NCBI GenBank assembly: GCA_964441745.1
Contig: CAYTYR010000007.1
Location: 1-64,000 of the forward strand
DNA length: 64,000 nt
DNA from: an uncultured Clostridia bacterium
GTDB lineage: Bacteria > CAYTYR01 > UBA6262
Direction: 5' to 3'
Of this stretch, positions 27,874 through 35,545 are shown piece after piece. The stretch's first letter is position 1. Each line of letters begins with the position of its first letter. The notes under the pieces are model-generated. The model had not been told where the DNA came from, ran no database searches, and was given only the letters and a program-made list of their open reading frames with translations. The position numbers and the translations under genes are program-made.

Positions 27874-29910
27874 ATGCTTCCCATCAACAATAAATGTATT
27901 TTCAGGAACAAGGTTCTGGCAAGTATTTTTATTACCTTTTGTTGCTTTTTCTTCTTATCTATATGTAAAGTCTGGGCAACAGAATATACAATCAAACCGA
28001 TTACCGATAATAATTACTATAATGATGCTCCTAGTATAAGTAATGGCCAAATAGCCTGGCATGGCTACGATGGCAATGACGATGAGATATTTTATTATGA
28101 TGGTAGCCAGATTACGCAGCTTACCAATAATATTTACTTAGATTGTTATCCCATTATAAGTAACGGCCAAATTGTCTGGTTTGGAAATAAAGGCAATGAT
28201 CTGAACAATGAGATATTTTATTATGATGGTAGTCAGATTACACAGTTTACTAATAATAATTACCATGATTCTTGTCCCAATATCAGTAATGGCCAAATCG
28301 TCTGGCAAGGCTACGATGGCAATGACGATGAGATATTTTTTTATGATGGTAGCCAGATTAAGCAACTTACCAATAATGATTATTACGATTCTAATCCCAG
28401 TATCAGTAATGGCCAAATTGCCTGGTATGGATATGATGGCAATGACTATGAGATATTTTTTTATGATGGTAGTCAGATCACACAACTTACCAATAATGAT
28501 TACAATGATATCGGCACTCCCAGCATAAGTAATGGGCAAATCGCCTGGATAGGCTACGATGGCAATGATTATGAGATATTTTTTTATGATGGCAGTCAGA
28601 TTACACAACTTACCAATAATGATTACGATGATTATAATCCCATTATCAGTAGCGGCCAAATAGTCTGGGAAGGTGGTACTGAAAGCAATTACAATGACTA
28701 TGAAATATTTTTCTATGATGGCAGCCAGATTAAACAGATTACCAATAATAATTACTATGATGGTAGTCCCAGTATCAGTAATGGCCAAATTGCCTGGATG
28801 GGCTACGATGGTAATAACTATCAGATATTTCTCGCCACATCAGATCCTATACTCAAGAGTGTAGAGATTTATTATCGGCATGATTTAGGCAATAATGGTC
28901 TTCCAATTGCTGGATATCCAACCTCGGCTACACCAGTAACTGTTAAAGCAATAGTATGGGCTGATGATGGGAAAGATACGAAACCGTATACGCAGCAAGA
29001 TGAGGATGAAATAGTAAATGACGGAAAGTGGTATAATACAGGGAGCGAGGGATCGCAGGCCGGCAAATATTCGCCTGATTTAACTGTTCCTGTTTTGAGC
29101 GTTTCGGATGTTCCCAAAATATATAAGTGGCCCGATTCTTGGCAGCAGCCAGATTTTGAATGGGCAAGCTTATTTAATTACGCGAGTAGTCCCACTTCTG
29201 CTGTCCCTGGGGAAGGAATGAATCGCAATTACGTCTACAATAAATACGTTAATTTATTATGGGGATCATGGGGAGCAGATAATATAACATTACCTGAAGG
29301 TAATTGGAAATTTAATGTAAAAGCTTACCTAAACAAAGGTACCCCCGAAGAACAATTTGTTGTATCATCAGATACAGAGTGTGCGACAAGAGTAAGTGTG
29401 TTAGATAGTAATGCGCCAGTTGATTCAAATTTAAAAAATTATTTAAAATGGATAACGGCGTATTACGATGTTCCTTATGAATGGGGTGGATATTGGTTTG
29501 GTGGAAAAGAAGGTAAAGATGTAGGTGGCCATGATATCAATGAGGGATATGGCGTTGATTGTTCAGGCCTAGTTAGTATAGGAGCGAAATGGGCAGGATA
29601 TAATTGGTATCCATGGCGCGCTAATGCAACAATGTTTGCATATGGTCCCGATGCTAAGCCTAATACTTCCGATGACAACTACTATTCTATAAGAATAAGC
29701 CCCAGCGATCTTAAGCCGGGAGACATACTTAATAAAGCTGGTAAACACGTAGTTACTATTTATGGTATAAGAAGTAGAGATAATATGGGTAATCCAAAGA
29801 TAGTCACTATTATTTCAGCGGAGCCCAATCCTTATAACAAGGTTCTAATGCAAGATAAAGATATAGCAGTTTATTCTACATTCCAAGCGAGAAGGCTTGT
29901 AACGCATTAA
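27874..29910 (+). CDS. Secreted protein: seven ~40-aa beta-propeller-like repeats plus C-terminal NlpC/P60 domain
   Basis: Signal peptide; 7x IS(N/S)GQI(A/V)W; VPYEWGG, GVDCSGLV, LKPGDIL, KHV. Confidence 0.8.
   Translation: MLPINNKCIFRNKVLASIFITFCCFFFLSICKVWATEYTIKPITDNNYYNDAPSISNGQIAWHGYDGNDDEIFYYDGSQITQLTNNIYLDCYPIISNGQIVWFGNKGNDLNNEIFYYDGSQITQFTNNNYHDSCPNISNGQIVWQGYDGNDDEIFFYDGSQIKQLTNNDYYDSNPSISNGQIAWYGYDGNDYEIFFYDGSQITQLTNNDYNDIGTPSISNGQIAWIGYDGNDYEIFFYDGSQITQLTNNDYDDYNPIISSGQIVWEGGTESNYNDYEIFFYDGSQIKQITNNNYYDGSPSISNGQIAWMGYDGNNYQIFLATSDPILKSVEIYYRHDLGNNGLPIAGYPTSATPVTVKAIVWADDGKDTKPYTQQDEDEIVNDGKWYNTGSEGSQAGKYSPDLTVPVLSVSDVPKIYKWPDSWQQPDFEWASLFNYASSPTSAVPGEGMNRNYVYNKYVNLLWGSWGADNITLPEGNWKFNVKAYLNKGTPEEQFVVSSDTECATRVSVLDSNAPVDSNLKNYLKWITAYYDVPYEWGGYWFGGKEGKDVGGHDINEGYGVDCSGLVSIGAKWAGYNWYPWRANATMFAYGPDAKPNTSDDNYYSIRISPSDLKPGDILNKAGKHVVTIYGIRSRDNMGNPKIVTIISAEPNPYNKVLMQDKDIAVYSTFQARRLVTH
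27985..28830 (+). repeat. Coding tandem repeat, ~120-129 nt unit, 7 copies
   Basis: Recurring AGTAATGGCCAAAT..CTGG and TATGATGGTAGCCAGATT. Confidence 0.9.
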
Positions 29911-29920
29911 GGGGGGAACG

Positions 29921-31900
29921 ATGAGAATTTCTAAGTTTTATAAGAAGATGAAAGTTTTGTTAGTATTGATCATCCCTGTCCTTATGACTGCAAAGGAAGG
30001 ACTTTCAAAAGAAGTGCTGTCTTCTCTGCCATATGGGGATGAAGATGCTCAAATTAATTTGTATATACCTGACATAGAAAATGTGGAAGGAGCAGAACCA
30101 GCTGGTATATTTTGGTATTACGCAGATTCTGTACATGGTAATATATACATAGCGGAGGTTAATGTAATAAAGCAATATAAGATGAATGGAGAATTTGTTT
30201 CAAAAACAGCTGCATTAAGCGATTCTCCCATTATTTCCTTTGTTGTTGATAATGAACAAAATATATATGTTATCCATGGAGGCAGAGCACAAAACCTGTC
30301 TAAAATAAAAACAGACGGCACTATTTCCTGGACTAAAACACTGTCGGCGATTGTGTCTGATAGTAATTATGATATGATGGGTCCTGGCATTAATTTGGAT
30401 AACATTGGGAATACTCTTTGTGAGGTTAATTATAAGAAAGCCCCAGAAGATTATGAAAAAAAATGTCTAAAAATAGATAAAAGTGGTAATTTTATTGAGG
30501 TTGTCCCAAGCGATCATATAGATAAGAATGGTAATTATTATATATTTCATCCGTCTTATTCGAATGGGAAACTATATGGTACAGAACTTTTTGGAGACAA
30601 CTACGTTGGTGATTATGAATCGGGAACAAGTGTAGAAATATTGAACTCAGATCAAAAATTCGTTAAAAATATTACAATATTACTTCCAGAAGAATTTAAG
30701 CAATATGAGAATTACCGGGGAATTGATCAATGGAACATCGATTTTGAAGGGAGTATATACGGAACAGCGTATGTAAGGCGCGATTCGGATAAACAAACCA
30801 TAATAAAAGGAAACGATTTTTTCATAGGAGATGATAAAATTGTTTATAAGTATGACCAAGACGGAAAGCTTATATCTCAGATAACTTTCCCTGGATATCC
30901 TATAAAGATGAATAGGCAGATACAAGTGGACGAAAACGGAAAAATCTATTATCTCCAGTTCTATGCAGAGCATTTAGATGTAGTTAAGGTGTCTTCTGAC
31001 AATATTGCTCCTCAGACGAATATATCAATCACGCCCTTCCCCAATATAGCTGGCTGGAATAACAGCGATATTACTATAACGTTAACCGCTACAGATAATG
31101 AAGGCGGATCCGGAGTAAAAGAAATCCACTATACACTGACTGGCGCAGTGAACGAAGATAAAGTAATCCCAGGACAAACTGCTCAATTAGTATTAAAGAC
31201 AGAGGGGACTACTACCATATCATATTATACCCTGGACAATACTGGCAATAAAGATGAGACGAAATCTCTCATCCTTAATCTTGATAAGACCGCCCCTTTA
31301 GTTTCTCTTAATTTAGAGCCATACAAGATAAAACTGCCTTTCCTGCATGAGACACACCACTTTTATACACCATTCTTCTATAAACTGACTTATTCGGCTA
31401 CAGATACTCTTTCCGGTGTAAAAGGATCGAAAACGGGACTAATAACTCCTAATATCAATGGCTTTAAGACCCAGTTGATTAAAGGGAAACAACTCCATAT
31501 TACTGTTAATGTAGACAAAAAGCATGTGATTATCATTGCCCCAAATCCTCAGCAGGTTTTAGATCAGTTAAAGAGTAATCTTCTTCTAATTGATAACAAT
31601 CAGGTTATGCATTTAAACCAGAGGCCAAAAGCAAAAGGGTGGATGATAAACAAGACCGACAAATTCCTGGTTATATCTGCACCTTCAATTGTATTTAAAG
31701 CCTTGGCCAGCGATTATGCTGAGAACCTAACAGCCAAAGAGTTAAAGTATGAAAAGAAGAAAATACCTATGCCGGATCATTGTAAGCTTATGATTAACAG
31801 AAAAGAACTTTCTCAAGAGGAATTAGAAGATTTAATGGAAGATATGACCGTTGATTCCGATACTATGAAAGAGATACATAAGAATTACAAGGTTAAATAA
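29921..31900 (+). CDS. Secreted protein with propeller-like N-terminus and Ig-like module
   Basis: Signal-like N-terminus; DNIAPQT..GWNNSDITITLTATDNEGGSGV..EGTTTISYY..DKTAP Ig-like signature. Confidence 0.7.
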   Translation: MRISKFYKKMKVLLVLIIPVLMTAKEGLSKEVLSSLPYGDEDAQINLYIPDIENVEGAEPAGIFWYYADSVHGNIYIAEVNVIKQYKMNGEFVSKTAALSDSPIISFVVDNEQNIYVIHGGRAQNLSKIKTDGTISWTKTLSAIVSDSNYDMMGPGINLDNIGNTLCEVNYKKAPEDYEKKCLKIDKSGNFIEVVPSDHIDKNGNYYIFHPSYSNGKLYGTELFGDNYVGDYESGTSVEILNSDQKFVKNITILLPEEFKQYENYRGIDQWNIDFEGSIYGTAYVRRDSDKQTIIKGNDFFIGDDKIVYKYDQDGKLISQITFPGYPIKMNRQIQVDENGKIYYLQFYAEHLDVVKVSSDNIAPQTNISITPFPNIAGWNNSDITITLTATDNEGGSGVKEIHYTLTGAVNEDKVIPGQTAQLVLKTEGTTTISYYTLDNTGNKDETKSLILNLDKTAPLVSLNLEPYKIKLPFLHETHHFYTPFFYKLTYSATDTLSGVKGSKTGLITPNINGFKTQLIKGKQLHITVNVDKKHVIIIAPNPQQVLDQLKSNLLLIDNNQVMHLNQRPKAKGWMINKTDKFLVISAPSIVFKALASDYAENLTAKELKYEKKKIPMPDHCKLMINRKELSQEELEDLMEDMTVDSDTMKEIHKNYKVK

Positions 31901-31935
31901 TCAAAGGTTTATATAAGAAAAGTATCAAATGGCTA

Positions 31936-32364
31936 TCAGCCAATACTAAAATATCTATCTACCCTTTGGAAAAATATTCCATTGGGTAGCCTTTTATTTT
32001 GCTCCCAATGCGCCAAAGTAGTAGGATCAATATGAACAAGTTGGCCAAGTTGTCGTAAAGTCAAGCTTCGGAACTCCCTGGCTCTTTTTATCCTTTGCCC
32101 CAGTGTTTTAACCTTGGGATCGTAGGGCCAATAACCTAAGAAATCCATTATAACTTTGAGGTATTGACAGTTTGGGTAGTTGCGTTGCCTTTCCCAATTA
32201 ATAATAGTAGAGGCATTTGTACCTAAGATTTCCGCTAACTCCTTTTGTTGGAGCTTTAGGTCCATACGCTTCTTTTTTATGTGTTCTCCAATGGTTTTTG
32301 GGTATTGGGGGTAGTTTAAGGGCAAAGGTCGTTTAACCTTAAGTGTAAAAGCACAGTATGGCAA
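31936..32364 (-). CDS. Tandem XRE helix-turn-helix protein
   Basis: TIGEHIKKKRMDLKLQQKELAEILG and TLGQRIKRAREFRSLTLRQLG; TTG start next to the island junction. Confidence 0.8.
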   Translation of the reverse strand: MPYCAFTLKVKRPLPLNYPQYPKTIGEHIKKKRMDLKLQQKELAEILGTNASTIINWERQRNYPNCQYLKVIMDFLGYWPYDPKVKTLGQRIKRAREFRSLTLRQLGQLVHIDPTTLAHWEQNKRLPNGIFFQRVDRYFSIG

Positions 32365-32372
32365 CGCAGGTA

Positions 32373-32855
32373 TGCCCCTGCGGCTATCATGGGGACAGCA
32401 AGCAGGAATGCTTGTGCTCGGTGTTTAAGATCCAGAAATATCATTCTAAAGTTTCAGGCCCTTTACTGGACCGTATAGACATGCATGTGGAAGTGCCCCG
32501 GCTTAAGTTTACTGAAATGAGCGCAGACCAACCGGCAGAAAGCAGCGCGGTGGTCCGGGCCAGGGTAAATCAGGCCAGGGTCATTCAGCAAGACCGTTAT
32601 CAGAAAGAAAAGCAGATCCATTGTAATGCCCATATGCAACCCAAACATCTTAAAAAATATTGCCAGCTTACTCCAGAAAGCCAGGAGTTGCTGAAAAATG
32701 CCATCAATAAATTAAATCTCAGCGCCCGCGCTTATGACCGCATCTTGAAGGTGGCCAGGACCATCAGTGACCTGGACAACCAACCCCAGATACAATCGCA
32801 GCATATCGCCGAAGCCCTGCAATATCGCAGCCTGGACAAGAACCTGTTTGCATAA
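32373..32855 (+). pseudogene. comM: Duplicated comM 3' fragment (from CPCG to stop)
   Basis: Matches 26529-27011 (offset 5844); identical 32421-32851. Confidence 0.95.
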
Positions 32856-32879
32856 TAGGAAACAGTAAAAGAGAAAAAA

Positions 32880-32995
32880 GGGTAAAGGTTGTAGAAGTAG
32901 GTCGTAAGTTTTTGGTTTAAGCCTATCAACCATAGACCTCAGACCAAACTTACTTCCAAAACCTGCCCCTAATAACTGTTCCTTGTTTTGACAGA
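32880..32995. repeat. Family A copy 2
   Basis: GTAGAAGTAGG...AGACCTCAGACCAAACTTACTTCCAAAAC. Confidence 0.85.
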
Positions 32996-33011
32996 CTGGC
33001 TTACTTTTATA

Positions 33012-33040
33012 TTGACACAAGCTATTAGTTATGATAATAT
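33012..33040 (+). promoter_or_regulatory. Sigma70-type promoter
   Basis: TTGACA-17 nt-TAATAT with TG extension. Confidence 0.6.
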
Positions 33041-33085
33041 TTCCTCATGAAAAGTTGTCAAATTTCCGCAAAGGAAGGTGTGGCA

Positions 33086-33631
33086 ATGAAAAAGATATTT
33101 GTTCTTGGTCTGGTGGTGTGTGCCATGTTCTCGCTAGCTGGTTATCTGCAGGCAGCAGGAAATGCCGAGCATTTTAACGTTGAGGAAAAAAAGGTAAACA
33201 TCACTACTACGATTACCGGCGATTTGAACTTGGACAAGGAAAAACTACCCCCGTTTGAAGTGGAAATAATCCCCTTGAGAAAATTTAAGCATGATGCAAT
33301 TATAAAAGGAATGGCCGATTCAAAACTTGATAAAAACATGATTAGCGACAATGACCATGTAATAATAAATGGCGGATCGAAAAAAGGATTTGCCGAAGGG
33401 GATATAGTCCTGATCTTCAAAAAGGGGAGACCAGCTACCGAACGGCTGAATATTGATAAGGTTGGCCCGTCAATGGCAGAAGAGGAAAAGGTATCGCAGA
33501 AAGAAGCAAAGGTAGCAACCAGTATTGGTGACGCCAGGGTGATCAAGGTAGAATCTAATTCCAGCGTTATCCAAATACGGCGTTGCGTGGAAACTGTCGA
33601 GCCGGGTAATTTTGTTAAGATAAAAAAGTAA
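33086..33631 (+). CDS. Secreted hypothetical protein (FlgT C-terminal-like beta-barrel)
   Basis: MKK signal peptide; VIINGGSKKGFAEGD..IGDARVIKV pattern. Confidence 0.6.
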   Translation: MKKIFVLGLVVCAMFSLAGYLQAAGNAEHFNVEEKKVNITTTITGDLNLDKEKLPPFEVEIIPLRKFKHDAIIKGMADSKLDKNMISDNDHVIINGGSKKGFAEGDIVLIFKKGRPATERLNIDKVGPSMAEEEKVSQKEAKVATSIGDARVIKVESNSSVIQIRRCVETVEPGNFVKIKK

Positions 33632-33653
33632 TATATTCAGGTAAGGAGTTCTT

Positions 33654-34037
33654 ATGCTGAGAAAACTTTTTTATTTGGCGGTTATCCTGTTTGTCTGTAT
33701 TTCTTTTTACCGTCAAATATTAGTGAAAGCGCAGGAATATGTTGATCAGCATGCGCAGGAAGCCTGGGCTCCGAAAATGCAGCTCAATATAGGGAAAGCG
33801 TATTCCTTTACCAGAAATTATGATGAGGCTGAGAGAACCTTCCTGCAGTTGAAGAAAAAGTACCCGAAAAGCCCGTATGCGGCCAAGGCTCAATATATGA
33901 TCGGCAGTATCTACGAAACTAAGGAAGATTACCAGCGGGCCAAGGCAGAGTATGAAAAATTCATTAAAGAATATCCCAAAGATGATTATTATAGAAAAGT
34001 CGATGATAAACTCAGGGTCCTGTCCTTTTTCCAGTAA
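33654..34037 (+). CDS. TPR protein (BamD/CpoB-like repeats)
   Basis: N-terminal anchor; KYPKSPYAAKAQYMIG and EYPKDDY motifs. Confidence 0.75.
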   Translation: MLRKLFYLAVILFVCISFYRQILVKAQEYVDQHAQEAWAPKMQLNIGKAYSFTRNYDEAERTFLQLKKKYPKSPYAAKAQYMIGSIYETKEDYQRAKAEYEKFIKEYPKDDYYRKVDDKLRVLSFFQ

Positions 34038-34061
34038 AACCCTAAAAAAGAATCCCCAGGT

Positions 34062-34355
34062 ATGATAAATAATTATTTTGGCAAAGTCATTAAGGCCGGC
34101 CTGAAGCGTAATAATGTAAGTTTACGTTGTCTGTCCCGTAGAGTGGGCTTAGATCCTAGCTTCCTTTCCAAGGTTCTGGCTGGTAAAAGGAATCCGCCGA
34201 CGGAAGAAAGAAGCCTGGTGAAGATCGCCCGCTATCTGAATTGTGATGCAGATACGCTGGTCTTATCTGCAGGGAGGATACCCAAGAAATATCAAACTGC
34301 CCGGAATAGGCAGAAATTCTTGGAACTCTTTAGGCAGCTCAATTCTAAAAGCTAA
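34062..34355 (+). CDS. XRE-family HTH regulator
   Basis: SLRCLSRRVGLDPSFLSKVLAGKRNPP. Confidence 0.8.
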   Translation: MINNYFGKVIKAGLKRNNVSLRCLSRRVGLDPSFLSKVLAGKRNPPTEERSLVKIARYLNCDADTLVLSAGRIPKKYQTARNRQKFLELFRQLNSKS

Positions 34356-34453
34356 TAATTACAAGCGCGCCAATTTCTATTTTTGACCAAAGACAGCCTG
34401 GCTGTCTTTTTTGTTTTAAAAATAATTAATTACCGACTAGACTGAGGTCTCAA

Positions 34454-35545
34454 ATGGACAGTTGGATTTTAGTAAATGCGGCGGGGAGTTTAGGCAAGGC
34501 CCGCTTAAAGGGATTGCTGGATTATTATCAAGATCCTGAGCCTGTCTTGAAATGCAGTGAAGAGGAATTGTTAAAAACCGGGTTGGTGGACCGGGGTTTT
34601 ACTAATTCTCTCCGTATCATTAAAAAAACTTTTGATTTGGACCGGGAATATAAGCTGCTGGAGCAGCACAAGGTTAAGATCGTGACGATCAGGGATGAGG
34701 AATATCCGGCTAGTTTGCGGTATATTAGCGGCGCGCCCATCTTGCTTTATATCTCCGGTGAAATAATAAAAGAAGATATTTTTGCCATTGGGGTTGTCGG
34801 GACCAGGAATTATAGCGCTTACGGCAAAAATGTTGCGGCCAAACTAAGCGGGGAATTAGCAGGTAAAGGAGTAACTATAGTCAGCGGTTTGGCCAGGGGT
34901 ATTGACACTTTTGCCCATCAGGCGGCTTTGGGAGCCAAAGGCCGGACTATCGCGGTCCTCGGAGGCGGCCTGGCTGCTTTGTATCCCCCTGAAAACAAGG
35001 CTCTGGCCCGGGAAATAGCCACACATGGCGCGGTAGTCTCAGAATATCCAATGATGGAACAGCCCAGCCGGATCAGTTTCCCCTTGCGCAACCGGATAAT
35101 TTCCGGCTTAAGCCTGGGACTGCTGGTCGTAGAGGCGGATGTGAAATCCGGTTCGCTGATTACAGCCCAGTGCGCGTTGGAACAAGGCCGGGAAGTTTTT
35201 GCTGTGCCAGGTAATATCACTAATGAGTATGCCCGCGGGACAAATCAGCTGATCCAGGATGGAGCCAAGCTGGTAGAAGGATATAAAGATATTATTGAAG
35301 AGATCAGCTGCTTGAGAGAATTAACCCGCCAGAAAAATACCAAGAAGCAAGAATGTTTTGCTTTTCCCATAGATGAACAGGAAAGCGCATTGCTGGATCT
35401 GATCGGCAGTGAACCAGTAAATATAGAAGTCTTAGGAGCCAAGAGCGGCAAATCCGTAAGTCAGTTGTCCGGTATTTTGCTCCAGCTAATCTGCAAGGAA
35501 TTGATCCGGGAAATGAGTGGAAAAAATTATGTCCGAACAATCTAG
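34454..35545 (+). CDS. dprA: DNA-processing protein DprA
   Basis: VVGTR, VSGLARGID, FPLRNRIISGLS, SGSLITA. Confidence 0.96.
   Translation: MDSWILVNAAGSLGKARLKGLLDYYQDPEPVLKCSEEELLKTGLVDRGFTNSLRIIKKTFDLDREYKLLEQHKVKIVTIRDEEYPASLRYISGAPILLYISGEIIKEDIFAIGVVGTRNYSAYGKNVAAKLSGELAGKGVTIVSGLARGIDTFAHQAALGAKGRTIAVLGGGLAALYPPENKALAREIATHGAVVSEYPMMEQPSRISFPLRNRIISGLSLGLLVVEADVKSGSLITAQCALEQGREVFAVPGNITNEYARGTNQLIQDGAKLVEGYKDIIEEISCLRELTRQKNTKKQECFAFPIDEQESALLDLIGSEPVNIEVLGAKSGKSVSQLSGILLQLICKELIREMSGKNYVRTI

Larger units (their letters stand above)
27012..32372. mobile_element. Genomic island between comM and a duplicated comM 3' end
   Basis: Bounded by 483-bp direct repeats (26529-27011 / 32373-32855); visibly AT-richer; no integrase inside. 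Confidence 0.8.

Noticed and set aside
28138-28788. 216-aa minus-strand ORF and other antisense ORFs in the track
   Set aside because: Shadow frames of recognisable + strand genes; Ile-rich sequence derives from Asn/Asp/Tyr codons
27985-28830. ~120-nt tandem repeats as a CRISPR array
   Set aside because: In-frame coding repeats with no unique spacers and no cas genes
26529-32855. comM 3' duplication as a diversity-generating retroelement TR/VR pair
   Set aside because: 9 of 13 differences are at T in the left copy (A on minus), but they are mostly silent third-position changes, 431 bp are invariant, and no reverse transcriptase or Avd gene is present
32358-32855. 165-aa ORF as an independent functional gene
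   Set aside because: Lacks the ATPase core and an RBS; the first five codons come from the island junction
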